From NCBI GenBank assembly GCA_919902965.1, contig CAKKSJ010000395.1, positions 1 to 38,439 on the forward strand: DNA of 38,439 bases, written 5' to 3'. Positions 24,776-34,403 of the stretch are shown in pieces (within the stretch, counting starts at the first letter, position 1; each line of letters opens with the position of its first letter). The notes beneath the pieces were generated by a model. That model was not told where the DNA came from and made no database searches. It saw only the letters and a list, made by a program, of their open reading frames with translations. A program made the translations under genes and the position numbers. Origin of the DNA: Burkholderiales bacterium (GTDB lineage: Bacteria > Pseudomonadota > Gammaproteobacteria > Burkholderiales > SG8-39).

Positions 24776-26560
24776 ATGCCGAAAATCAAGGGCGCAACGC
24801 TCATCTCGGAGTTCCTGGTAAAAGAAAAAATCCCGTATGTATTCGGCATTTGCGGCCACGGCAATATCGGCTTGCTGGACGGGCTCTATGCGGTTCGCGA
24901 CAAAATCAAGCTGGTCTCGCCGCGCCACGAGCAGGTTGCCGGCCATATGGCCGACGCTTATTTCCGGGTGAAACATCAGCCGGTCGCCACCCTGACTTCT
25001 ACCGGGCCGGGCTCCGCCAATCTGATCATGTCGATGGCAGTGGCGCAGACGGATTCCTCGGCGATTCTGGCGATCACGGCCAACGTGCCCACTTCGCAGT
25101 TCAACCGCGGCCCGTTTCAGGAACTCAACCGGCACAATCAGGCGGATTTCCCCAATGTGATCCGCCCGGTGGTGAAGCGCAGCTTTCAGCCGACCCGGGT
25201 GGACATGCTGCCCTTGGCACTGCGCCAGGCAGTGACCACCATGACCAGCGGGCGCCCCGGCCCGGTCAACGTGGACATTCCGTTCAACCTGTTTCAGGAG
25301 GAGGCCGAGGTCAAGCCGGAGCCCGAATGGGACGGTTTCAAACTGCGCCGCAGCGGCGGCTCGCCCGAGGACATCGCGAAAGCGCTGGACATGCTGCTCG
25401 CGGCGCAGCGCCCGGTGATATTCATCGGCCATGGGGTCACGCTGGCCGAAGCGGGCAAGGAACTGACCGAGTTCGCCCATGCGCTGCAAATCCCGGTGAT
25501 CAGTTCTCCCAACGGCATGGGCTGTATCGATATGCGCGATCCGCTGTCGCTCGGATTCATCGGCAGAAACGGTGCCTATCCGGCTAACCAGGCCGGCCGC
25601 CACACCGACCTGGTACTGAGCATAGGCGCGCGCTTTGACGACCGCTCTTCCTCGTCCTGGATGCCGGGCTATTCCTGGAACTTTCCGCAGTCCAAGCTCA
25701 TACACGTCGATGTCGATCACGCCGAAATCGGGCGCAATTACGCGCCCGATCTGGGCGTGCTCGCCGATGCGCGCATTTTCCTGCTGCAGCTTCTGGACGA
25801 ATTGTCGCGGCGCAAAGTGGACAAGTCAGGGCGGCTGCAACAGTGGCGCGCCGATATCGCCAAGTGGCGCGCCGAGTGGGAAGCCTACATCAAGCCCAGC
25901 TTCGAGATCCACGCCTCGCCGCTGCGGCCCGAGCGCATAGTCGCCGACTGCCGCGCCGTGCTGCCGGATGACGCGATCATCTCGCTGGATTCCGGCATCC
26001 ACCACAACTGGTTCATGCAGTTCTGGAACGCACGCCGTCCCCAGACCATGCTCAATACCTGGGGTTATTCCGGCATGGGCTTCGGTCCGAGTTCGATACT
26101 CGGCGCCAAACTCGCTGCACCCGAGCGCCCCTGTGTATCGATTTGCGGTGACGGCGGATTCACCATGGTGCCGCATGTGCTTTGCACCGCAGTGGAATAC
26201 GACATCCCCGCGGTCTGGGTGGTCTGGAACAATTTTTCCTGGGCCGCAATCCGCGATCTGCAATACGCCTATTTCGACGGGCGCGAGATCGGCACCGGTT
26301 TCTACCAGGGGCCGGAGAAGAAACCCTACAACCCCGATTTCGCCGCCTGGGCGCGCGCCGCCGGCGTGGAAGGTTTCACGGTGACCAAATCCGAGGATTT
26401 CAAGGGCGCACTGGCGCATGCGCTTGCACTGAACAAACCCTGCCTGATCGATGTGCATGTGGATGCCAACATCCGCCCGCCCGGCACCGGCGCCTGGGCC
26501 TTGCCGCCGATTCCGCACAAAGAGCCGATATTCGGCGCCAAGTTCATCCCGGAAAAATAG
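24776..26560 (+). CDS. Thiamine-diphosphate-dependent enzyme of the acetolactate synthase / IolD-like superfamily
   Basis: FGICGHGNIGLLD, HEQVAGHMADAYFRV, TGPGSANL and GDGGFTM...WNN (ThDP-Mg motif). 594 aa from the ATG at 24776. Confidence 0.85.
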   Translation: MPKIKGATLISEFLVKEKIPYVFGICGHGNIGLLDGLYAVRDKIKLVSPRHEQVAGHMADAYFRVKHQPVATLTSTGPGSANLIMSMAVAQTDSSAILAITANVPTSQFNRGPFQELNRHNQADFPNVIRPVVKRSFQPTRVDMLPLALRQAVTTMTSGRPGPVNVDIPFNLFQEEAEVKPEPEWDGFKLRRSGGSPEDIAKALDMLLAAQRPVIFIGHGVTLAEAGKELTEFAHALQIPVISSPNGMGCIDMRDPLSLGFIGRNGAYPANQAGRHTDLVLSIGARFDDRSSSSWMPGYSWNFPQSKLIHVDVDHAEIGRNYAPDLGVLADARIFLLQLLDELSRRKVDKSGRLQQWRADIAKWRAEWEAYIKPSFEIHASPLRPERIVADCRAVLPDDAIISLDSGIHHNWFMQFWNARRPQTMLNTWGYSGMGFGPSSILGAKLAAPERPCVSICGDGGFTMVPHVLCTAVEYDIPAVWVVWNNFSWAAIRDLQYAYFDGREIGTGFYQGPEKKPYNPDFAAWARAAGVEGFTVTKSEDFKGALAHALALNKPCLIDVHVDANIRPPGTGAWALPPIPHKEPIFGAKFIPEK

Positions 26561-26572
26561 GATAGAGGAAAC

Positions 26573-26950
26573 ATGAAGAAAACCAGCAATAAGCAAGCCG
26601 CGCTGATTCGCAACCTGGCCGAGGTGCCGTGGCAGGAATTCCCCGGCCATTTCGGCGGCGCGCTGTCCAAAGCCCTGGTGCGCCCGGAAACGGCGGGTTC
26701 CCGGCTGATCGACTATCGCATTTCCTGCTACCAGCCCATGGCGCATGTGGCACTGCATACGCACAAGGTGCAGGAACAGGTGTATCACGTGCTCGAAGGC
26801 GAGGGCATGATGGAAATGGACCACAAACGCCAGGTGGTGCGCAAGCACGACGTCATTTACATCCCGCCCGGCGTGGAACATTCGATTACCAACTCGGGTC
26901 TCTCCGACCTGACTTTCATCGTAGTGACTACTCCGGCGGAGGACGAGTAG
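26573..26950 (+). CDS. Cupin-domain protein
   Basis: HVALHTHKVQEQVYHVLEGEG ... IYIPPGVEHSITN. 125 aa, 12 nt after the ThDP enzyme stop, GAGGAA RBS. Confidence 0.75.
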   Translation: MKKTSNKQAALIRNLAEVPWQEFPGHFGGALSKALVRPETAGSRLIDYRISCYQPMAHVALHTHKVQEQVYHVLEGEGMMEMDHKRQVVRKHDVIYIPPGVEHSITNSGLSDLTFIVVTTPAEDE

Positions 26951-26968
26951 GGCCGGCAGGGCGAGGCC

Positions 26969-27892
26969 TCAGCCGAGCCGCAGGGTTTCGCCGATCGCCG
27001 GAACTCTCAGGGGAGCATCGGGGAGGTTCTCGCGCTTCCAGATTTCGCGCAGCAGCTCGGGCGGCTCGCGCAGATCCTCGTCGGTGAGCTTGAACGTGCC
27101 CCAGTGCATGGCGACGAAGCGCTCGGCGCCGAGTGCGGAGAATGCGCGCACGGCGTCGTCCGGATCCATGTGCTGGGAGCGCATGAACCAGCGCGGCGCA
27201 TAGGCGCCGATCGGCAGCATCGCCGCGTGGATTACGCCGCAGCGCGCGCCGATCTGCGCGTAGCCGTCGAACCAGGCGCTATCGCCGGAGTGGTAGACGC
27301 GCAGGCCGCCGCGTTCGATGACGTAGCCGCCCCACCAGCTGGCATTGGTATCCAGCAGCGTGCGGCGGCTCCAGTGCTCCGCCGGCACGAAGCTGAGGTT
27401 CAAGCCTTCGATTGCTTCCTGCTGCCACCACGCCATTTCGACCACCCGGCGCAAGCCCGCGCGCTCGAACCAGTGGCCGAGCCCGCGCGGGACTACGTAG
27501 ACCGGATCCGGTCCCAGCCGCTTGAGCGTGGGCACATCCATGTGGTCGCGGTGATTGTGCGTTACCAGCACCAGGTCGATTTTCGGTAGTGCGTTCCAGG
27601 CCAGGCCCGGCGCGACGTTGCGGGGAATGAAGCCGGCGATGGTCGGCGACATTACCGGGTCGATCAGCGCGTTCTTGCCGCCGAGCTGAATCAGGAAGGA
27701 GGCGTGTCCGATCCAGGTAAGCGCGTCCGCAGTGGATTTGCGCAGCGCACGGCCATCGTTGGCAATCACCGGCACAGATACACCCGTGCCCGGCGTGCGC
27801 GGGCGCTTTTCCTCGTGCCAGCCCGATTTCCATTGCAGAATCCTGGCAAGGCTGGAGTAGCGGGAACGGCCGTCGAGATTGGCGTAGCGCAT
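26969..27892 (-). CDS. MBL-fold metallo-hydrolase (Lactamase_B_2 / NAPE-PLD-like)
   Basis: DLVLVTHNHRDHMD metal motif, later HSGDS and HWGTF. 307 aa. Confidence 0.8.
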   Translation of the reverse strand: MRYANLDGRSRYSSLARILQWKSGWHEEKRPRTPGTGVSVPVIANDGRALRKSTADALTWIGHASFLIQLGGKNALIDPVMSPTIAGFIPRNVAPGLAWNALPKIDLVLVTHNHRDHMDVPTLKRLGPDPVYVVPRGLGHWFERAGLRRVVEMAWWQQEAIEGLNLSFVPAEHWSRRTLLDTNASWWGGYVIERGGLRVYHSGDSAWFDGYAQIGARCGVIHAAMLPIGAYAPRWFMRSQHMDPDDAVRAFSALGAERFVAMHWGTFKLTDEDLREPPELLREIWKRENLPDAPLRVPAIGETLRLG

Positions 27893-27963
27893 GGCTGCGG
27901 TTAGGTATTCCCTGCGTCTATCGCGTGCGGTTTGCCGTTACAAAATTCATTTTGCAATGGGTT

Positions 27964-29073
27964 TTAGTACATTCTGTGCCTGAATAACCAGGCCGCGATG
28001 GCCAGCGCCACCGCGCCTATCGATGCCATCGCCATGAACGGGAGTATCAGGAGATGGAAGGGCGTGCCCTCGAGAAAGACGCCGCGCAGGACCACCAGGA
28101 AATAGCGCAGGGGATTGAGCAGGGTCAGGTCTTGCACCAGGGGCGGCATGTTTGCGATCGGGGTCGCAAAGCCGGACAGGATGATGGCGGGCACCATGAA
28201 GAAGAAGGCGCCGAGCAATCCCTGCTGCTGGGTCACGGCGAGCGACGAAATCATCAGGCCCAGGCCGATAGCCGACAACAGAAACAGCGCGAGGCCAGTG
28301 TACAAAGTCAGCAGGCTGCCCAGCAGCGGGATCTTGAACCAGAATACCGCGACTGTGATGATCAGCGTCGCCTCGGCAATGCCGATCAGGAAACTCGGCA
28401 GGGCTTTGCCCAACAGGATTTCTCCGGGGCGCAGCGGCGTGACCAGCAATTGATCGAAAGTGCCCTGTTCGCGCTCCCGCGCGACCGACAGCGCCGTCAC
28501 CAGCATGGTGATGAGCAGGGTGAGCACGCCTACGATGCCGGGTATGAAAAACCAGCGGCTTTCCAGGTTGGGATTGAACCAGGCGCGCATTTCGATATGC
28601 GCCGGTGGCAGCCTGCCGCCGTGACGCGCGATCCATTCGGTGTTGAAACGTTTGACGATGGACTGCGCGTAGTTGACCGCCAGCTGCGCGGTATTCGAGT
28701 TGCGCCCGTCGACCAGGATCTGCACCGAAGCGGGGTGTCCGTTTTGCAGATCCGCACTGAAGCGCGCTCCGATGCGGATGACCATCAGCACGCGTTTGCT
28801 GTCTAGCATGGGCGCGATATCCTCGTCCCGCGCCAGGCGCGCCGCCTCGACGAAGCTGGGCGAGCCGCGAAATGCCGCTACCAGGTCGCGCGCGATCGTG
28901 CCGCGATCTTCGCTGAACACTGCAAATGGAACGTGTTTCAGATCGAAGGTCGCAGCGTAGCCGAACACGATCAACTGAATCAGCGGCGGCACGATGAGGA
29001 CCACGCGGCTGCGCTTGTCTTTGAGCAGCGTCAGGAACTCCTTGATCATCAGGGCGAGAATGCGCCGCCACAT
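27964..29073 (-). CDS. ABC-2 type transporter permease (YbhR/YhhJ-like)
   Basis: MWRRILALMIKEFLTLLKDKRSRVVLIVPPLIQL N-terminus, large periplasmic loop, C-terminal six-helix ABC-2 domain. Confidence 0.85.
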   Translation of the reverse strand: MWRRILALMIKEFLTLLKDKRSRVVLIVPPLIQLIVFGYAATFDLKHVPFAVFSEDRGTIARDLVAAFRGSPSFVEAARLARDEDIAPMLDSKRVLMVIRIGARFSADLQNGHPASVQILVDGRNSNTAQLAVNYAQSIVKRFNTEWIARHGGRLPPAHIEMRAWFNPNLESRWFFIPGIVGVLTLLITMLVTALSVAREREQGTFDQLLVTPLRPGEILLGKALPSFLIGIAEATLIITVAVFWFKIPLLGSLLTLYTGLALFLLSAIGLGLMISSLAVTQQQGLLGAFFFMVPAIILSGFATPIANMPPLVQDLTLLNPLRYFLVVLRGVFLEGTPFHLLILPFMAMASIGAVALAIAAWLFRHRMY

Positions 29074-29079
29074 GAAGCA

Positions 29080-30230
29080 TTACTCCAGGCGTTTGCGGGA
29101 TTTGAGCCGTGTCAGGCCGAGAAAGACCGCAGCCAGCACGGCCAGGGCGAGCATATTCGGCAGTACCACGCTCCAGGTGTTGCCGGCGAGAAACACCGTT
29201 TGCAGGATGGCCACGTAATAGCGGGCGGCAATGACATGGGTGATGGTCTGGACGATGCCGGGCATGCTGCCGATATCAAAAATGAATCCGGACAGCAGGA
29301 ACGCGGGCAGGAAGGTCGTGATGATGGCGATCTGCCCGGCGACGAACTGGTTCTTGGCAAGGTGGATATGAACAGGCCCATGCCCAGTGCGGTTAACAGA
29401 AACAGCGCCGATGCGCCGAACAGCAGCCAGAGCGATCCGCGCAGGGGAACCCCGAACAGCCAGATTGCCATGGCCACGGACAGCGCCAGCCCCCCCATGC
29501 CCAGAATGAAGTAGGGAATCAGTTTGCCCAGGATGACTTCGCTCATGCTCACCGGGGTCACCATGAGCGCTTCCATGGTGCCGCGCTCCCATTCCCGCGC
29601 CATCACCATCGCCGTGAGCAGGGCGCCGATCAGTGTCATGATGATCGCGACCAGACCGGGAACCAGAAAATTGCGGCTGCGCAGCTCGCTGTTGTACCAG
29701 ACGCGCTGCTCTATCTGCACCGGCATCGCCAGGGACTGGCCGCGCGCCAGGGCGATATGCGCGAGCCACCTGCCCCACACGCCCTCGACATAGCCTGCAA
29801 CGATTCTGGCGGTGTTGGCGTCGACACCGTTCACGATCAACTGGATAGTCGCGCCCTGCGCGCCGCGCAGATTGCGCGCGAAATCCTGCCGCAGCACGAC
29901 GACGGCGTTCACGCGGCCGGCCATCATTGCCGCTTCAGCGGCACGGGTGGTCGGGAACCGCGTGGGCAGGAAGTAGCGGGATTCCTGGAAGGCGGCGGTG
30001 AAACTGGCGCTATCCGCGCTCGGCTGTTCCACCACCAGGGCCAGCGGTATCGACTCGGAGTCCAGGGATACGCCATAGCCGAACAGCAGCAGCAGCACCA
30101 AGGGCATCAGAAAGGCGATAGCAATACTGCTCGGGTCGCGGAATATCTGCAGGAACTCCTTGCGCATCAAACCGCGCAGGCGCATGCCGGCGCTTCCGCG
30201 CGCGGCAGGAGCGCCGCCGCGCTGATTCAT
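29080..30230 (-). pseudogene. ABC-2 type transporter permease (YbhS-like) with a 1-nt frameshift near 29358
   Basis: The N-terminal 290 aa (MNQRGG...LRGLMRKEFLQIFRDPSS...LTALGMGLFISTL) lie in the frame of track ORF 29112..30389. The conserved continuation AKNQFVAGQIAIITTFLPAFLLSGFIFDIGSMPGIVQ...RKRLE lies in the frame of track ORF 29080..29778. Confidence 0.8.
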
Positions 30231-32047
30231 GATCGGTCCTCTGCCTGGGTGCCGGCTTCTATCAGTCCGATGAAGGCGTCTTCCATGGTCGGATCGGGCA
30301 GGGTCTGCGTGCGCGCGCGCTGCTTGATGGCGCTCGGCGACCCGATGGTCAGGATTTCGCCTGTCGCCATGATGGCGATGCGGTCGCAATATTCGGCTTC
30401 TTCCATGAAATGGGTGGTCACCATGACGGTGACGCCCAGTTCGGCGAGCGCATTGATGCGTTGCCAGAACTCGCGGCGGGCGAGCGGGTCCACACCGGAG
30501 GTCGGTTCATCCAGGAACAGGATATCCGGCTCATGCATCAAGGCACAGGCCAATGCCAGGCGCTGCTTGTAGCCCAGGGAAAGATCGCCGCTGGCAGAGT
30601 CCGCCAGCGGCGCCAGGGCGAACTCCGCCAATGCCCAGCGCACGCGCGCATCGGCCCGGCCGCGCGCCAAACCGTAGGTGCTGCTGAAGAAGTGCAGGTT
30701 CTGCATTACGCTGAGCTGGGCATACAGGGAAAATTTCTGCGACATGTAGCCGATGCGTGCACGCGCCGCGGCGGGCGCATGCCGCAGATCGACTCCGGCA
30801 ACGCGCAGGCTGCCGCCGCTGGGCGGCAGCAGGCCGCACAACATGCGGAAAGTGGTGGTCTTGCCGGCGCCATTGGCGCCGAGCAGACCGAACACCTCGC
30901 CGCGGGAGACGGCGAAGCTGACGCCTTTGACGGCGCGAAAATCACCGAAACGCCGCTCCAGTTGCGCCACTTCGATTACGGCATCGCCATCTGCCGCCTT
31001 TGCGCGGGCCGGCGGCGCTTCCGGTTTCGCAGTCCGTGACGGCGCGGCGCTGTCCGCATGCGTTCGTGCCTTCAGCAGCGCGATGAAGCTATCCTCGTAG
31101 CGCGGCGGCACTTCAGTCAAGGAAATGTCGGCCAGGCCCGGTAGCATGGTCGCCAGGTTAGGGCGCGTCGCGTCTACGGTCACGAGACGTACATGCTCGC
31201 CCTGGATCAAGGCGTCCAGAACGCCTGGAACCCGTGCTAAATACGCCTGCAGCGATCGCTTGGATAGTTGGGCGGCGCCGACGGCAAATGTTCTGCCTTG
31301 CATGCGCTCGCGCAGGCGTTTCGGATCGCCCTGGTCCAGACGCTGACCGTCATGCAGCAGAACCACCTCGTCGCAACGTTCTGCCTCGTCCAGGTAAGCG
31401 GTGCTTAACAGCACGGTGGTGTTTTCATTGCGTACCAGGCGCTTGACGATGGCCCATAGTTCGCGCCGCGACAGCGGGTCGACGCCCACGGTCGGTTCGT
31501 CCAGCAGCAGCAGGGCGGGCTGGCGCAACAGAGTGCAGGCCAGCCCCAATTTCTGTTTCATGCCGCCGGAGAGTTGCCCGGCGAGGCGCCGGGTAAATGC
31601 GGCCAGCCCGGCCATCTGCAGCAACTCGTGGTAGCGCCCGGCACGATCGGTTTGAGCGACGCCTTGCAGGTCGGCGTACAAATCGAGGTTCTCCTGCACC
31701 GTCAGGTCTTCGTACAGGCCGAAGCGCTGCGGCATGTAACCGATGCTGGCCTGCACCTGCAGTGACTGGGCCGTGGCATTCTTGCCCAGTACGCTGATGC
31801 TGCCGCTGTCGGGGACCAGCAGCCCTGCGGCAAGGCGCATGAGCGTCGTCTTGCCCGCGCTGTCCGGTCCGATGAGGCCGGTGACCGTGCCGTGGCGAAC
31901 GCTGAAGCTCAGCTTGTCCAGCGCCTGAACCAGGCGCCCGTCGGTGCGAAACGCCTTGGAGACCGCGTCGATTTCGAGCGCGATAGCGTCCCCCGGACTC
32001 GCCGGAACCTGCTGGCTCGTCTGGAGCGCGGCGGCCGCTGGCGGCAT
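30227..32047 (-). CDS. ABC transporter ATP-binding protein, tandem ATPase domains (YbhF-like)
   Basis: Walker A GPDSAGKTT and GANGAGKTT; signatures LSGGMKQKL and LSLGYKQRL. Its start shares 1 nt with the HlyD stop, and its stop overlaps the permease start. Confidence 0.9.
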   Translation of the reverse strand: MPPAAAALQTSQQVPASPGDAIALEIDAVSKAFRTDGRLVQALDKLSFSVRHGTVTGLIGPDSAGKTTLMRLAAGLLVPDSGSISVLGKNATAQSLQVQASIGYMPQRFGLYEDLTVQENLDLYADLQGVAQTDRAGRYHELLQMAGLAAFTRRLAGQLSGGMKQKLGLACTLLRQPALLLLDEPTVGVDPLSRRELWAIVKRLVRNENTTVLLSTAYLDEAERCDEVVLLHDGQRLDQGDPKRLRERMQGRTFAVGAAQLSKRSLQAYLARVPGVLDALIQGEHVRLVTVDATRPNLATMLPGLADISLTEVPPRYEDSFIALLKARTHADSAAPSRTAKPEAPPARAKAADGDAVIEVAQLERRFGDFRAVKGVSFAVSRGEVFGLLGANGAGKTTTFRMLCGLLPPSGGSLRVAGVDLRHAPAAARARIGYMSQKFSLYAQLSVMQNLHFFSSTYGLARGRADARVRWALAEFALAPLADSASGDLSLGYKQRLALACALMHEPDILFLDEPTSGVDPLARREFWQRINALAELGVTVMVTTHFMEEAEYCDRIAIMATGEILTIGSPSAIKQRARTQTLPDPTMEDAFIGLIEAGTQAEDRS

Positions 32048-33084
32048 CAGGGGGTCTGGCAGGGGGGCAATCCTGCTTCGGCGGATTGCGGCTGATCCAG
32101 CGCTATCGTCACCGTGGCGGGCATGCCGAGGCGTAGTTCATTCTGTGGGTTGCATACGTAGACGCGCACCTGATAAACGAGATTGGACCGGACTTCCGTC
32201 GTTTCCACCGATTTCGGGGTGAATTCGGCGCTCGGGGAAATGTAGCCCAGCCAGGCGCGGTAGCGCTTGCCCGGATAACTGTCCGTGCTTACCGCCGCGC
32301 GCATGCCTTGATGTATTTTGCCCAGATCCGTTCCCTGCACGTAAGCGCGTATCCAGACCGGATCGCTCAGGGCCAGGGTATACACCGCAAGCTGGGGGGA
32401 AGCCATGTCGCCCGGCTCGAGCATCCGGTTCTGGATGACACCATCGGCCGGCGCATACAGCGAGTAATCGGCCAGTTGTCTGCGCGCCAGGGCGAGCGTC
32501 GCCTCGCCCGCATCGCGCGTGGCGCTGGCGGCGGCGACATCCTCCTTGCGCGGACCCAATTCGGCAAGCCGGCGCGTCGCCTGCGCAGCTTGGTAGCGAG
32601 CCCGGGCAGCATCCGCCGCGGCCTTGGCATTGTCCGCCTGCTGCTGGGCGACGAACTTGCGCGCGACGAGTTCCTTGAGCCGGCGATAAGTCCGCTCGGC
32701 GTTGTCGGCGTCGATCCCGGCCGCCTCGGCGTCTGCGCGCGCTTTGAGTATTTCCTCCGGCCGGTTTCCCGCCTTGAGGCGCGCGAGGACTTGCCGCTGC
32801 GCCGCCAACTGCGCTTCCAGCGCGCTGGCATTGTGCTGCAGGCGGCTGGTATCGAGGCTGGCAAGGAGCTGGCCGCGGCGCACGCGATCCCCCTCTGTGA
32901 CCAGCATGCGCTCAATTCGATCCGACCCGTTGAATGCCAGCTGAACCTGCCTGATGTCCACGTTGCCATAGAGCGTTAGCGTCGTAGCAGGTGCCAGATC
33001 ATCTTGTGCGCGTTGCCGATAGAGTACGCCGGCGGCGCCGAGCACGATCAGCGCAAGGAGCGCAAGGAGTATCCTGCGTTTCAT
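32047..33084 (-). CDS. HlyD-family membrane fusion / secretion protein (YbhG-like)
   Basis: N-terminal anchor MKRRILLALLALIVLGAAGV, a coiled-coil region rich in A/Q/R, and lipoyl and beta-barrel motifs (VTEGDRVRRGQLLASLD, GMPATVTI). Confidence 0.85.
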   Translation of the reverse strand: MKRRILLALLALIVLGAAGVLYRQRAQDDLAPATTLTLYGNVDIRQVQLAFNGSDRIERMLVTEGDRVRRGQLLASLDTSRLQHNASALEAQLAAQRQVLARLKAGNRPEEILKARADAEAAGIDADNAERTYRRLKELVARKFVAQQQADNAKAAADAARARYQAAQATRRLAELGPRKEDVAAASATRDAGEATLALARRQLADYSLYAPADGVIQNRMLEPGDMASPQLAVYTLALSDPVWIRAYVQGTDLGKIHQGMRAAVSTDSYPGKRYRAWLGYISPSAEFTPKSVETTEVRSNLVYQVRVYVCNPQNELRLGMPATVTIALDQPQSAEAGLPPCQTP

Positions 33085-33251
33085 CCGGCCTCGTTCATTT
33101 CAAACCATGCAATTCGAACGCCTTGAAGCCCAGACTATCTCACTTTTTTTCCGATTTTGCACAAACCCGATACTGGTGGAACTACAGTCGGAACTGCCGG
33201 CGCAGCGTCCAGGTCGCGCCCCGGCTTGCGGGGGCGGCGGGTGGGCCAGCC

Positions 33252-33908
33252 TCAGCCGAACAGGCCACCGACGCGCGTCCCGGCGATGCGATTGACAGCG
33301 AGCAGGCTCAGCGCGCAGACCACGATCAGGATCACACCCAGCGCGGCCGCCTGGCTGTGCGAGCCGGCGATATAGAAGGTGAAAATGCCGAACGGGATCA
33401 TTTCCCAGCCGCCCAGCGTGAGAAAGATCGTCGCCGACGCTTCCTGGATCGACATGATGAAGGAAAACAGCGCGCCGACCAGGATGCCTTTCCATACTAG
33501 CGGCACGGTAATGTCGCGGAAGGTGCGCAGTTTGGTCGCGCCGACATTGGCGGCGGCCTCCTCCATCGACGGGTGCACCAGGAGCAGCGAGGAATAGCTG
33601 CCGCGCACGGTGTAGGGCAGCCGGCGCACCGCAAGGACCAGCGGCAGGATGATCCACAATCCGGTCAGTGGCGCGTCGATGAAAGGCAGCGGAAAGTTGA
33701 ACGCGCGGATGTAGGCGATGCCGATGGCGGTTCCCGGGATCGCCAGGATCAGCGTGGTGAGCGCGTCCATGGTATTGCGCCCGGGCGCGTGGGTCCGCGT
33801 CATGATCCACGCCATCGGCACACCGATGAGCAGGCACAGTATCAGCGCGAGTCCGGAGTACAGGAAGGAGTTGATGATGAACTTCGGCGTCTCGATGCTC
33901 GGGCACAC
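33252..33908 (-). pseudogene. N-terminally truncated ABC importer permease (iron(III)/polyamine-type MalFG-fold) with no partner genes
   Basis: Begins inside the family at ...FIINSFLYSGLALILCLLIGVPMAWIMTR and has an EAA loop (MEEAAANVGATKLRTFRDITVPL). It lacks TM1 and the N-terminal ~60 aa, and no SBP or ATPase gene is adjacent. Confidence 0.6.
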
Positions 33909-34008
33909 CCACCTTCGGCCGAGGAGCGGGTCATCATGCCCGTGCGCTTGCCAGTCTGCAGCGGGGTCTCCGAAGGATTCCGCGCATCGCTGGTGCCGCT
34001 GGACGAAA

Positions 34009-34131
34009 TTATGCCACCGGCTTCACCGCCAGCCGGTCAATCTCCACCAGCGTATGTACCGCGTCATGACCATGGCTTGCCAGCATCCCGCATAAGCTGC
34101 GCGGGAGAAGGGCATCCACGATGAATTTCAT
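34009..34131 (-). pseudogene. Truncated DUF5615 (PIN-like, Mut7-C-type) toxin remnant, 40 codons
   Basis: MKFIVDALLPRSLCGMLASHGHDAVHTLVEIDRLAVKPVA* resembles the MKFL.DENLP..L...L...GHD..H N-terminus of DUF5615 proteins (normally ~110 aa). Its ATG overlaps the DUF433 stop (ATGA). Confidence 0.5.
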
Positions 34132-34352
34132 GCGTGTGTCAGATGAACGCTCCTGGCTGCCAGCAGTCTGCGTGCGTACTCATGACAAGCGAGGATGTCC
34201 TCCCGCTCCAGCTCAGGAAACTCGGCCAGCAGATTGTCGGCCGTGTCCCCGCCCGCCAGGTATTCCAGAATGGTCTCTACCGGATAGCGCAGGCGCGTGA
34301 CTGATTGGAGCTGGCCGCGTGTTCGCGGCCAAACGGACGCAATCCATCCGGC
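34128..34352 (-). pseudogene. DUF433-family antitoxin-like gene lacking a start codon (a TGA lies upstream in frame)
   Basis: ...WPRTRGQLQSVTRLRYPVETILEYLAGGDTADNLLAEFPELEREDILACHEYARRLLAA... matches the DUF433 core (G.P.I.G.R.PVE.IL..L..G....EIL..YP.L..EDI.A.L.YA). There is no ATG, GTG or TTG between the upstream in-frame TGA and the domain. Confidence 0.55.
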
Positions 34353-34403
34353 TCACGCACCCGGCGAAGTAACGAACTAAGATATAAGCAGTTTTCATAG
34401 AAT

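Noticed and set aside
29340-29380. Programmed -1 ribosomal frameshift in the ABC-2 permease
   Set aside because: There is no slippery X XXY YYZ heptamer at the shift site (acc ttg cca) and no obvious downstream stem or pseudoknot. A simple 1-nt deletion or error is more parsimonious.
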